Of a stretch of 64,000 bases of DNA, positions 50,280 to 64,000 are shown piece by piece. The notes under the pieces were generated by a model that searched no databases, was not told where the DNA came from, and saw nothing but the letters and a program-made list of their open reading frames with translations. Position numbers and translations under genes: made by a program. This DNA is from Magallana gigas (Eukaryota): NCBI RefSeq assembly GCF_963853765.1, contig NC_088857.1, forward strand, positions 46,004,001 through 46,068,000. Reading direction: 5' to 3'. Position 1 is the first letter of the stretch. Every line of letters begins with the position of its first letter.

Positions 50280-52302
50280 ATGCCTATTAACCTGGTTGAG
50301 GACGACATTGCCTGTGTTGTGATTGACAATGGGTCGGGCATGTGTAAGGCGGGCTTTGCCGGAGATGACGCCCCGCGGGCCGTGTTTCCCGCCGTCACCG
50401 GACGACCTAGATACGACGTAAGGCAGCTGTTTTCTTGACAAGTCAATTTCATTCAGTATCTTATTTTTAAAAATAAGTCTTCATCTAGAATCAACGAGAT
50501 TCATTCTTCTAGATATTATTGCATATAAACGGTTTACTAGCTTTGCGTACAAATAAAAATATAATAATATAGATAAAATACTTGTACATGTACACATGTA
50601 CAATTCATATTTATAACGTAATTTTAATTTTTAGATTGTAATGGCGGGAATGGGAAGCAAGGATTGCTACATTGGAGACGAGGCCCAGAGCCACCGGGGA
50701 GTCCTGTCCCTGAATTACCCAGTAGAACATGGCGTCGTCAATAACTGGGACGACATGGAGAAGATCTGGCACCACACGTTCTACAACGAACTAAGGGTGG
50801 CTCCCGAGGACCACCCAGTGCTGCTGACTGAGGCACCACTCAATCCCAAATACAACAGGGAACAAATGACGCAGGTGATAATTTATTTATAAAAGTAAAA
50901 GAAATCATAGAGAATTTATTTTCTTTATTCATGTTATTTTTATCTTGAAGTGATTTAATATTAGTATTCGATTTTTTTTATTGATTTTTTTTTCAATTCT
51001 TTTAATGTAACATTAGATATTCAGATTATGTTCGAGACCTCAAGTGCCATTTTTCATTCTTTATCAGAAAGCTTCATTTCAATTGTATATTATTGAAATG
51101 ATCTTAATATTATTGGATTAACCCTAAATCTTTTATTTCAACGTACAGATCATGTTTGAGACATTCAACGTGCCCGGGTTCTACGTCAGTATCCAAGCCG
51201 TCCTCTCTCTGTACGGAGCCGGAAAAACAACAGGAATCGTGTTCGATTCGGGAGACGGCGTGTCTCACATCGTCCCTATATACGAAGGTAAATCGAAAGC
51301 AGCAGTGTTCCCACATTAAAACATTAATATAGGTGATACACTGAATAGTCAAATCTATAATGAATACATTGTATATAAAATTTAATATATGAATCGATAT
51401 TTTGCTCAGGTTACGCTCTTCCACATGCTATTAAGAGAGTGGACCTAGCAGGCAGAGATCTGACCAAGTATCTACAAAGGATTCTTCATGAACGAGGATA
51501 CAATTTTGTCAACTCTTGTAAGTATTTCAACTACTCCACTTTTGAAAAGAAAAGAAACATTTCTTAATAGAATTCGAAATGCTAATGGAAACACATTTGT
51601 TTAACTATTTCAGCCGAACAAGAAATCGTCCGTGACATCAAAGAAAACCTCTGTTACGTTGCTATGGATTTTGAACAAGAACTCTGTGCCTCTGCACAAT
51701 CCTCCGCACTGGAAAAATCTTACGAACTTCCGGACGGTCAAGTGATCACCATTGGAAACGAGCGTTTCCGGTGTCCGGAAGTGCTGTTCCAACCATCCTT
51801 TACAGGTAGGTGGTCAGATTCTAGGCCTTTTATAGAGATTGGGCATTTTGTATTAATATAGCATATTTTCGATAATAGGAAACCAAAACAATAAAACGTT
51901 TTATGCTCAGTGTGTGTTTTTTTAATGAAATATAGGTGACAGTAAAATAAGATTTTAAACATGGTTTCCTTTACAGGTCTAGAAGCGAGCGGAATACACG
52001 AACAGATCCACAACTCCATCATGGCGTGCGACATTGACATAAGAAGAGATATGTACAGTAACATCGTGTTGTCAGGGGGCTCCACCATGTTTCCGGGGAT
52101 CAAGGACAGACTAGCCAAGGAGGTCACGGCCGTCTCTCCCAGTTCAATGAAGGTCAAGATCAGCGCCGCGCCAGAGCGGAAATACTCAGTGTGGATCGGC
52201 GGATCTATTCTAGGTTCTCTGTCCACTTTCCAACAGATGTGGATCACCAAACAGGAGTACGACGAATGTGGGCCAGGAATAGTGCACAGAAAATGCTTTT
52301 GA
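50280..52302 (+). CDS. ACT: Divergent actin A6 (380 aa)
   Basis: Exons 50280-50417, 50635-50874, 51149-51287, 51410-51517, 51614-51805, 51977-52302; frame intact. Confidence 0.97.
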
Positions 52303-54643
52303 CATTAATGCATAGTTCGATACAAAATTGGCGATCTAGGGATGACAATTCAGGAAAAAAATTAAGGACCATTGGGGTACAAGATTCCACTATTCTGGAA
52401 CTTCCTTCATTGACGTTCCCAGGTTCCAAATTTCCCATCACATGACCGTCCAAGAGTGAATTCAGACTAGAATCAAATACTTACCCGTATACATGTATGA
52501 TGCGTTGTTGCAAGCCAGTACATCGTTTTCTGCAATTGTCGTCATAATGATGTACTATTTATATTATATGTTGTTGATACTCATTACCGGCTTTTTGTTT
52601 ATATTTGTTTTGTTATTCCAAAGAAGCCCCATATATTTATTTATCAATGTTTATTGTCATCAAAAAATATCAGTGATGCTTGTTTTATTTATTGCATAGT
52701 TATTTCACACATGCTGTCACTTATTTTGATACTCTGTTTAATATGTGGATGATTATTATCGAATAAACATATGAATAAAAGATTATTCAAGTTTCTCCTC
52801 GGTTTCTCTCCTTAAAAATAAACACCTATTGATACCACTAATGTGACCCCCCCCCCCCCCGGCCAATATTATAAACAATAAAAGTTTGGAAATGTTCGTT
52901 AAAGGATTGCATTTTTTCTTTAAATTTGACGATTACATAATAAAATATTTTAAAAACATGTTACCCTTAGTCCTCTGCGTCTCCACAAACAAACTCTGAC
53001 CGATATTTGATTTATTTATACACTATTCTGATAAAAGATTGAATGGGAAAGAAAACTAAAACGAACTACAACTCTGTAAGGAACGTTGCATTGCTCAAGT
53101 CCTTCACGCGGATCCAAAGGTTCCCCTTTGAAATATGTCAAAAAGATATTACATTTCGTACATGCCACATTTCAGTCAATGTTTGGATCAGCGAAATATT
53201 TTTTATCTGTCGGCCGTAAAACACATTCGGCTGTAAAAAAAAATATATCGACAGGGAGCAATCACAATCAGTCAACATATAACCTCTGAACCAACAACTT
53301 CAGTACTACCATCTAAGAATCATCAATGGTAGTATATTCTAATTAAAATTAAATCCATTGATCCACTCCAGTAGATCGCTACACAATTGGAGCAGATGAA
53401 GAGATCTAATTTTATTTAGATTGGTGAAAATAAAGTTACCTTCAAGTGTTCAACATTTTTAAATATTAGTGAATAAGACTTAGTTAACTGAAAACCAAAG
53501 CTCTTGAAACAGTTTAATTGGAATAATTTGGAAAAAATTGCTAGAACAGGTAATAGAATGTTCTTGCAACAATTGCACACATGATAAAACATCATACGTT
53601 TAAACATAAATTTGTTTGTTCTATGATGAAATGATAAAAATTCTGTTCCTTCATTGAAACAATATGAAATGTAGTGAAACACCACAATACAGATATAAAA
53701 TATGAAAACATAACAATTCTTTCATGAAAAACAATTGCAACAAAATGTTTGGAATAACAATACATGTATTTTACACAAAATAAAATAGTAAAACCCATCT
53801 TGATCATAGCACCCTTAATTTGTTTTCTCTAACGAAGTATACCAATGTCACATGTCTCCCTACCCCTTACTATTAAAAGAGATAATGGTGATTTAAAACT
53901 GAAAAATATAAAAAAAATTAAAAAATCAGGGATTTGTTGAATGTGTTGCTAAACTATAAAATGAAAATTTGAGTACATGTGGATTACAATATCATGTAAA
54001 AAAAAATTGGAAACTTAAAAATTCAGTTGAATTCAGAAAAAACATGCAGAATAATGCATCAGACGCAAAAAAAAATATTTTGAAAAGGCGTGTTTATGAA
54101 GATTCCCATAAATGATTTGACTTTAAATTGTTCTCGAAACGCAGCATTTACCGCAAACTGCAAATAATGTGAACGTTCCATGCGTCAGTAGCTACATGGA
54201 TATTTTAACACCCCTCCTCCCTAAAAAAAACGAAGCGTAGAATTTTTTTGTTAAAAAATACAATGTTGGGATTAATTTTTAAAATTTTTATATATACTCG
54301 GAATGCTTCTTAGAGAATTTAAACGAACATCTTTGAGATGCACACCGTGTACATCGTATCAATTTATCGTTTGATTCTACACCTCTATTGAATAAAATAA
54401 TCCTATGTTAGTCAGACTTGTATCACAGCAGTTACTCATCCCTTTCTCCTAAATGAGAGAAAAATCAAATACATGTAGGGGGCAAATACTGTAAACTTTT
54501 TACACCCCTACTGCTTGCGAAATGTACAATAAAACCTAAAACCTTTACAAAAAGGGGACATCCAGAACATTTAGCACTATACGAATGCAAAATCAATATG
54601 AATGCATTATTAACGTATGTTTATGCGTTTACAACTCTTCTAT

Positions 54644-54644
<1 letters not shown>

Positions 54645-54690
<46 letters not shown>
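54645..54690. repeat. (GA)n microsatellite upstream of A7
   Basis: Direct reading. Confidence 0.95.
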
Positions 54691-54695
<5 letters not shown>

Positions 54696-54882
54696 AAACA
54701 GAGCAGAATTATCATTTAATTGATTATATCATATAATTTAAGTGACTCAAACGGTCCAATATTTGACTGCTATTTTTAAACATCCCGAAGTATACAAACA
54801 TTTGTATATATGTATTAAAGCTCCTCGGTACACTTATATCTAATATCTATTTTTAGATTTAAACTCAGTCACATAAACTGTG

Positions 54883-55062
54883 TCATATAAGGTAAAAGGG
54901 AGGGGACATCTCCTTGTTTGGAAATTGACTAAGTTCGATGAACAAGATTGTTTCCATTTCTGGCAGTGTTCTCAGAGATGACACGGTGGGTAGAGTATAT
55001 AAGGCTGCCTGGTACATTTATGCCAGTCAAACCAACAACTGCAAGGCTAAAGCGAACCTAAG
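54883..55062 (+). promoter_or_regulatory. Actin A7 core promoter + non-coding exon 1
   Basis: Three CArG-like boxes, TATATAA 54996, donor 55062. Confidence 0.75.
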
Positions 55063-55665
55063 GTAAGAAATGATTTTGAAATAATTTTAAAAAAAATAAA
55101 GAAGTACATGTATTAAAACCAACGTCGCCAACATTTAATTTTTACAGCATGTGCTATTTTTTTTTCCTGAGAAACTTGCATTAATCTTATTCTTTTGGAC
55201 CAATTAAAATCGCAGCAATGTTTAACATGCACTCTTGTAGGTTTCCATTCGATTTTCTAAATAAACTCACGCACGTAGCATATAGTTTTTGAAACTAGTG
55301 GTGGGGAAGAGGGACATATTTATCGCTAACCTTGACGAGCATACAAATTTAAAAAAAATAAATTTAAAAATTCGCGATTTTTCAAAATCATTAACTGTGG
55401 GGGAGGGAATGTTAGGGGAGTACATTAAACTTCGATTTTAAGGAAAATATTTATAATTTTACTATTTTCCTTTAAATGCTCCTAAAAAGTGTGTGTGTGG
55501 GGGGGGGGGGGGGGGGGGCTCGTGTTTGTTATGTGTAAAAGTGGGTGAAGGTTTGCGGTGAAGGCAGCCCCCTCCCTTATATTTCCTTGCTTCAAATGTT
55601 CTCAATACTCTCAATGTTTCATTACCTTTCAGAAAAAAATTCGGTAACCAAACCAAACAATAACC

Positions 55666-57649
55666 ATGCCTATTAACTTGGTTGAGGACGACATTGCCTG
55701 TGTTGTGATTGACAATGGGTCGGGCATGTGTAAGGCGGGCTTTGCCGGAGATGACGCCCCGCGGGCCGTGTTTCCCGCCGTCACCGGACGACCCAGATAC
55801 GACGTAAGACAGCTGATTACTTGACAAGTTAACTTGATTTATTCTTTTCTAAAGAAAACATTCCTATGAGTTCTAGATGCGTACAAATAAAAGTATGTCG
55901 ATTGATAAAATACATGGAAAAGTGCACATGTACATTTTATATTAAACGTAATTTTCATTTATAGATTGTAATGGCGGGAATGGGAAGCAAGGATTGCTAC
56001 ATTGGAGACGAGGCCCAGAGCCACCGGGGAGTTCTCTCCCTGAATTACCCAGTAGAACATGGCGTCGTCAATAACTGGGACGACATGGAGAAGATCTGGC
56101 ACCACACGTTCTACAACGAACTAAGGGTGGCTCCCGAGGACCACCCAGTGCTGCTGACTGAGGCACCACTCAATCCCAAATACAACAGGGAACAAATGAC
56201 GCAGGTGAACATTTTTTATTTATTTTTTACAAAAGACAAATATCTGGTGTCGGTATGTTCACTTTATTGATATTTCTTCCAAATGTTATTTACTTCCAAA
56301 TCTAACATTTAGCAGTATTTGAGATTATGCTAGAAACGTATATTGCCAAACATTGCTAAATTTTGATTTCAAAAATGAAATGCTTGCTTTCAAATGTTAA
56401 AGTGTAGTAGTAGTAGAATATCTTGACTTTAGTGCCTTTACGCTAACTTCAATATATTTCAACGTACAGATCATGTTTGAGACGTTCAACGTTCCCGGGT
56501 TCTACGTCAGCATCCAAGCCGTCCTCTCTCTGTACGGCGCCGGAAAAACAACAGGAATCGTGTTCGATTCGGGAGACGGCGTGTCTCACATCGTCCCTAT
56601 ATACGAAGGTAAATCGAAAACAGCATTGTTCCTATATTAAAACTTTAATATAGTTGACATCTCGAATTAATTGTGAAATACAACGTATATAATGAGTACA
56701 TTGTGAATGAATTGATATTTTGTTCAGGCTACGCTCTTCCACACGCTATTAAGAGAGTGGACCTAGCAGGCAGAGATCTGACCAAGTATCTACAAAGGAT
56801 TCTTCATGAACGAGGATACAATTTTGTCAACTCTTGTAAGTTTTTCTGCATAGTTTTGAAAATATTTATCAATAATCTATTGAAAATTTCTATTGAACAA
56901 TTCTAACTGAAATACAAAATTAATGTCTTAATGTATCGATCGTTTTATATTTTTCCAGCTGAGCAAGAAATCGTCCGTGACATTAAAGAAAACCTATGTT
57001 ACGTTGCTATGGATTTTGAACAAGAACTCTGTGCCTCTGCGCAATCCTCCGCACTGGAAAAATCTTACGAACTTCCGGACGGTCAAGTGATCACCATTGG
57101 CAACGAGCGTTTCCGGTGTCCGGAAGTGCTGTTCCAGCCATCCTTTACAGGTAGGTGGCCAGATTCTAGATCTTTTATAAAGAGTGAGCTTTTTGTATTA
57201 ATATAGCATATTTTCGATTATAGGAAACCAAAACAATAGAAGATTTTATGCTCAATGGTTTTTTTTTTTACATGAAATATAGGTGACAGTTATAAAAAAA
57301 ATTAAGTATGGTTTCTCTTACAGGTCTAGAAGCGAGTGGAATACACGAACAGATCCACAACTCCATCATGGCGTGCGACATTGACATCAGAAGAGACATG
57401 TACAGTAACATCGTGCTGTCAGGGGGCTCCACCATGTTTCCGGGGATCAAGGACAGACTAGCCAAGGAGGTCACGGCCGTCTCTCCCAGTTCAATGAAGG
57501 TCAAGATCAGCGCCGCGCCAGAGCGGAAATACTCAGTGTGGATCGGTGGATCTATTCTAGGTTCTCTGTCCACTTTCCAACAGATGTGGATCACCAAACA
57601 GGAGTACGACGAATGTGGACCAGGAATAGTGCACAGGAAATGCTTTTGA
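55666..57649 (+). CDS. ACT: Divergent actin A7 (380 aa)
   Basis: Exons 55666-55803, 55965-56204, 56470-56608, 56728-56835, 56959-57150, 57324-57649; frame intact. Confidence 0.97.
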
Positions 57650-60090
57650 CATTGATCCATAGCTCGATACAATATTACCGATCTAGGGGTGACACTTCGG
57701 AGGTAAAATTAAGGACCATTGGGGTACAAGATTCCACTTTTCCGGAACTTCCTACATTGACGTTTCCAGGTTCCAAATTTCCCATCACATGACCGTCCAA
57801 GAGTGAATTCAGACAAGAATCAAATACATACACGTATGATGCGTTGTTGCAAGCCAGTACATCGTTTTCTGCGATTGTCGTCATAACCATGTACTATTTA
57901 TATTATATGTTGTTGATACTCATTACCGGCTTTTTGTTTATATTTGTTTTGTTATTCAAAAGAAGCCCCATACATTTATTTATCAGTGTTAATGGCATAA
58001 AAAAATATCAATAATGCTTGTTTTATTTATTGCATAGTTATTTCACACATGTTGTCACTTATTTTGATACTCTGTTTAATACGTGGATGATTATTATCGA
58101 ATAAACATATGAATAAAAGATAATTCAAGTTTCTTCTCGGTTTCTCTCCTTAAATGTGACACCCCCTCCCAAATATTATAAACAATACAAGTTTGGAAAT
58201 GCTCGTTAAAGGATTGCATCTTTTTTTTTTAATTTGACGATTACATATAAGAATACTTTAAAATCATATTACTCTGCGTCGCCACAAACAAACTCTGAAC
58301 GATATTTGATTTATACACTATACTGATAAAAGATTGAATGGGAAAGAAAACTAAAACGAACTACAACTCTCCTCTTGTAAGGAACGTCGCATTGCTCAAG
58401 TCCTTCACGCGGATCCAAAGGTTCCCCTTTGAAATATGTTTATGAGATATTACATTGCGTCACATTTCAGTCAATGTTTGGATCAGCGAAATATTTTATA
58501 TCTGTCGGCCGTAAAACACATTCGGCTGACAAAAAAATATATCGACAGGGCGCAATCACAATCAGTCAATATATAACCTCTGGACCAACAACTTCAGTAC
58601 TACCATCTAAGAATCATCAGTGGTAGTATATTCTAATTAAAATTAAATCCATTGATCCACTCCAGTAGATCGCTACACAATTGGAGCAGATGAAGAGATC
58701 TAATTTTATTTAGATTGGTGAAAATAAAGTTACCTTCAAGTGTTCAACATTTTTAAATATTAGTGAATAAGACCTAGTTAACTGAAAACCAAAGCTCTTG
58801 AAACAGTTTAATTGGAATAATTTGGAAAAAATTGCTAGAACAGGTAATAGAATGTTCTTGCAACAATTGCACAAATGATAAAACATCATACGTGTAAACA
58901 TAAATTTGTTTGTTCTATGATGAAATGATAAAAATTCTGTTCCTTCATTGAAACAATATGAAATGTAGTGAAACACCACAATACAGATATAAAATATGAA
59001 AACATAACAATTCTTTCATGAAAAACAATTGCAACAAAATGTTTGGAATAACAATACATGTATTTTACACAAAATAAAATAGTAAAACCCATCTTGATCA
59101 TAGCACCCTTAATTTGTTTTCTCTAACGAAGTATACCAATGTCACATGTCTCCCTACCCCTTACTATTAAAAGAGATAATGGTGATTTAAAACTGAAAAA
59201 TATAAAAAAAATTAAAAAATCAGGGATTTGTTGAATGTGTTGCTAAACTATAAAATGAAAATTTGAGTACATGTGGATTACAATATCATGTAAAAAAAAA
59301 ATTGAAAACTTAAAAATTCAGTTGATATTGTTAAATCTTTAAAGGGCTAAAGAGACATTATTCATTTATTAAATTCAATAAATTAAAAAATTCTAAACCA
59401 TCAAGCACATGTAACATACAATAATGCTACATCAAATGCATGTTATACATGTATTTTAATGTAAGAAAATAGAAAAAAAAACTGCCTATGTATCAATATG
59501 AAACATACATGTACATGTACACTGTACATGCTAGCAGTATGACCACCACTTCAACATAAAAGTCTTAGACAACAGTGCATGTAAATACAACAGCTATACA
59601 ATCACACAAATCAGAGGACACTGGAACAAGTATCTCTTCTTTGAAGAAATAATCATGATCAACTATAAGTGGCATCTTCTTTCTTTTAAAAAAAAAGACG
59701 ATTTATAAAAATCAAGAGAATGCAGACCTTTCTAAAAATAGTTCTGTAAATATTAGAATAAAAAAAACCACAAGTTGATGTAAATCATAATGGAAATAGT
59801 TAATAAAAACAACTAAATTATTGCACTATAATAATGGATTTCTATAACCATGGAGATCAGTTATTATGGAATATACAAATAAAACAGAGAAATCAATTGC
59901 TAGAATGTCAACAACTTGGGACAACAAACGAAAACAGGGGAAGCATCAAGGAAAAGACAAAATACAGGACTGTCTTGTTTGTGAGGTAAATATAAACACC
60001 CAAAGCTTTGGAATTGCACCACACAAGACAACAGCTGATTTGTTCCTTCATAAACTGAGTATATTATTATCATTAATCTTTCTTTAGGCA

Positions 60091-63000
60091 TCAACTACAG
60101 CATCCACCTTTTTTCTTCTTAACACCATCTTCCAAATGAAGGGCTTTTTCAATCTCATCATCTTCTTTTTCCTTTAAAATTCTAAAAAGAAAATTTAAAA
60201 CAATATGTATCAAACAATTAAAATAATCATATTAGATAATACAATTAAATGGATATTCCAATATATAAAAACTGTATAAATATTAAATACTACGTGTGAA
60301 CAATATTTGATGGAAAACAGATATTCAACAAGGTAGCATATATTTGATTTAGCACTTTTCTGAATTACCTATGTCAAAACATATATGCATATTTAACAAT
60401 GCACTGGATTGAGTTGAAGCTGCTTCAACCAAAATTTCAAAATATAATAGATATACTATAGTAATTGTTCTAATGTAATTAAAAGCTACACTAATCACCT
60501 GGCCAGAGATTCCATACACTCCTTTACTTTTGTTCCAGACTTGGCACTGACTTCAAAAAAGGAGGCATCATATTCCTGTTTAAAAAGCAGTTGTTAACTT
60601 GAATATAAACCAAATGAATATTATTAGCAGCAACATGAATTATCTATGCCTGCATCACCGGAACCAGGGGTTTTCTATCTGTCCAGTGTAACAGATAGAA
60701 AATCTGAGGCTTTTGACGATGCTATGCCCTGAAAGTAACCTACAATGACCTAAGAAAAATCACAAACTTCACAAAATAATCATGATGATGTCAGAATTGC
60801 ATTCCCGTAGGAGACGAGACAGAATAGTAGCAAGATTATAATTTTACAAACAAGAAATTTCGTACTTTTTTATTTTTAGTTCGAGTCCTGTTGATGCCAA
60901 CTTTCATTAGTATAGCAGATTCTATATTGATATGTATACATTTAAAGATCAATACGTCAGCATGCAATGTGCAAAATTGATACATTTCAAGCAAAATCCC
61001 ATAGGGTCCTATGTTAAAAATTAACAAACGTTGAGATGGCCCCTTAAACAAACGGTGTGGTAAATGTCTTATATTTTTTTTTTATCTTAAAATAATAATT
61101 ATATCAGTAGATATTCATGTTAAAAAAATTCATTCAAAAATCTAGGGCAGAACAAATTAGACCCAGCCTCGTTAAACAGTAATTCAGTGAATTTAACTTA
61201 CTTTTTACACTCATCGTATTAATTTGTTAAAAAAAAAACAATAATTTTGATAATTCATGCAGGTTATGAAGGCGACGATCATTGCAGAAAAAATTTACAT
61301 AATCTGCATTTTTTCTGCAATGTCGTCACCTTCATTTCCTGCATGAATCATCAAAAAAAGCATTTTATTATTTAAATATATCCAAAATTAATGCATTCTT
61401 GATATTCTAGTTGAACTGAAGTAACTGTATTAATGAAAACTTACAGCAGCTAATTTGTTGCCATCCTTGACTTTCACTGCTCTTCTGTCCTGCTCTTCAA
61501 TCAAGTCTGTCTTGTTACCAACAAGAACCAAGGCTGTTCCTTCTTCCACCCCCTCCTGGATACTAGTGATCCAGTTCCTGACATTGGTAAAGGTGGCTTC
61601 AGTTGTAACGTCGTACATCAGAATCACTCCGTCTGCTTTTCGAAAGTACTGCTTGGTGATACTTCGAAACCTAAGTACATGTAATTTCAAATAAGCATAT
61701 GATCTTATTAAGAGGCACTGAACTTAACAAACTTGTAGGTGCATCAACGAAGCAAAATAAATCATTTAAATATTGTTTTCAATTTGATTGTTTAACAAAT
61801 AAAGACTTGAATTTTAAAAATAAGAAATGGAAAAATCTTAAATTTACTCTTACATTTATATTAGTGAAATGACAACAATTTTAAAAGGACTGTGGGAGTT
61901 ACCTTTCCTGGCCGGCTGTGTCCCACAGCTGGAGCACAATCACCTGCCCCTCCATCACTATACTCTTCACCTGAAAATCTACACCTGTAAAAGTCCAAAC
62001 AAAACAATTCAAGCCTCCATAGCTATAAGTTCTTAGCCAATTGAACACATGCTTGGCACTAACAGTACTTGTACTGTATCATAAAATGAGGAGAAAACAT
62101 GTATAATATATGTCTACCGCTACTTTATTTAAATTTTTAGAGTGAAAGAAAAGTTACTGATCAGACTAATTCTGCTTTTACACTGACCTATGGTAGCACT
62201 GAATGTTGGGTTGAATTGATCGTTACAGAATCGATGTATGAAGCTGCTCTTGCCAACCCCTGAGTCTCCCACAAACACGACCTTAAACAGCCTCTGTCTG
62301 GGGGGTGGAGTCACTTCCTCATCAGTCTGTTAATGTAACAAACAAATCATGACAACATCAACCAATGCAAGAATACCATCTTATGAACTGTATAATTAAA
62401 ACACTCCGACAAAAAGAAAGAAATGCCTGCAACACATGACAATCTGTACCAATCCAATACAAACATTTTCATTTCAAAATAAAAATTAATACATGTATCA
62501 TCAATCAAGAATGATTGTTGAAACATATAAAAAATTGTGTGTAAGCCGAATTCTAAAGAGAGGCAATATTACTGCTTGTTTACAAAGTCATTTTAGCCCC
62601 TTATTTGCCTTCACCATATCTTTATATCAAAATATAAAGAGATTTTACCCCATTTAAATTTTGAACACCAATGTAGTTCTGTTTAAAATTCCAATGACAC
62701 AGTTTTCATAAAAATATTCAAAGGCATTTTCAAAAAAACTTTCATTCATTAAACCAGTAAGAGTTATGTACCTTGTCCTCTCCAACAGGCTGCCCCCTTG
62801 GACTTTCAGGAACGATGCCATTTCTGTTGTTAAAACAAATCCAGCAATAAATCAAAATGAATATCTATTTATTCAACAAAACAATGAAGCAAACTATGAT
62901 GAAAACTAAATCATTAGTTTACCCATCTAACTGGTCTTCACTGTCTTCCATTATGTTAGTATGTGATGTATCAACCCTGAAATTTGATGTTAGTTCTATG

Positions 63001-63644
63001 TATCAGGTTCATTAAATGTTATAAACATAGCATTCAGACAGGTAGTGCAATGAAATATGAAATGAGTTAAAGGATTAGAAAAATGTTAGAAGGATGTTAT
63101 TAAAAAGAAAAACTGTTCCCATGCAAAACTCACTACATTAAATAATCACCTCTCTAGCTGACCAGGGAATTGAACCTACAACCTCCACCACCAGTAAATA
63201 AACCACCCCAGTGAATCGGACCCATAGTAGCAGGCACCAGTATCTGGCTAAGCTATACAAGTCCAAAGGGCTGAACAAGGCTTCCAAATAGCAGGTCCCT
63301 CTTAAGAAAACATTCTCAATACTGCTTTTAATGCATACATTGATTTTCTAGTAGCACCCATGGACCACTTTCGGTTACCCCCTCTCTCTAGAACTTCTGT
63401 TTTAAAAGCAGGTGCTGCTACTGATTTTTGTTCACTAGGGGCTAGTGTTTGTTCTTGATGTGAATGTTTGTCCAGTCGCCTCATGTAATCCTCCATTGTT
63501 TCCATGAATATGGATTCTCTCCTTTGGTCGCCGTTCCATAAGTTTTCATACGCTGGTGCCACCTGCTGGTCAATATTGTCCCCTTCCTCCTCCAGATCTT
63601 CGCTGAAACAGTTTCCACCACCATGGAATCTAGTTTTGTGCAAA
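60091..63644 (-). CDS. Large Rab GTPase gene, second copy, 3' exons (5' part beyond window)
   Basis: Exons 63644-63339, 62976-62923, 62823-62772, 62326-62188, 61984-61903, 61670-61445, 60575-60499, 60181-60091. Intact G1 GDSGVGKS, G3 WDTAGQE, G4 NKTD, G5 SAK, prenylation [12 protein letters not shown] resembles CRACR2A (from recall, not searched). Confidence 0.9.
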
Positions 63645-64000
63645 CTAAGCAAAAACCAGGTGAAATTAATGTTCTGTCTCTACAGGAATTCAACTGTCTA
63701 CAGCAAAATGGTATTACTGTCGTATATACTGTCAATCACATTTTATCATTCTTTTTCTTCAAAAAAATCTTTTAACAAACTTATATTTTGATTTCAAAAT
63801 TTTATTTTTTTTTCTTGACATTAGGCACATGTGTTTCTACAATACAGTAATTGACAGCATTTGAACATTTGAAAACAGAATGTTAGCCAAGAATAATTCC
63901 GTCAGACTAAAAGCATACTAATGAATTCTAATTACTCTCTTCTTAATATTTCCCCTCAAACCCTCATTTGGGTAAATATTTCTGCTGCTTATCAAGAGTT

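Larger units (their letters stand above)
37401..64000. repeat. Segmental duplication unit 2 (actins A4-A7 + Rab gene, runs off window)
   Basis: 37401-~51850 matches 11361-~27100; ~57160-64000 matches ~27050-33882. An extra ~5.35-kb actin repeat lies between these blocks. Confidence 0.9.

Noticed and set aside
12219-57649. Actin copies as processed pseudogenes or as Arp1/Arp2/Arp3
   Set aside because: All keep five coding introns and promoters with open frames; the sequence is colinear with conventional actin, without Arp-type insertions.

Overview
AT-rich, intron-containing eukaryotic DNA; repeat style and TACATGTA abundance suggest a bivalve mollusc, probably an oyster (inference). Three systems occupy the window. 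(1) 1-8369, minus strand: a BTB/POZ transcription-factor gene. Its ~553-codon constant region ends in a phase-1 donor and is followed by a compact array of at least five phase-1 exons. Four encode different zinc-finger sets, each with its own stop; the fifth runs off the window. This is a lola/mod(mdg4)-like layout. (2) 11.7-57.6 kb, plus strand: seven intact, six-coding-exon genes (A1-A7) for a divergent 380-aa actin with an MPINLV N-terminal extension. They show gene-conversion tracts, one apparently chimeric gene (A3) and an in-frame CATGTA insertion (A2). (3) Two minus-strand copies of a large coiled-coil Rab GTPase gene (CRACR2A/Rab46-RASEF-Rab44 family). The first is cut mid-exon by a ~26-kb tandem duplication junction at 37400/37401 and carries an NKxD->NKxY change. 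Exon coordinates and alignments were made by eye; no searches were run.
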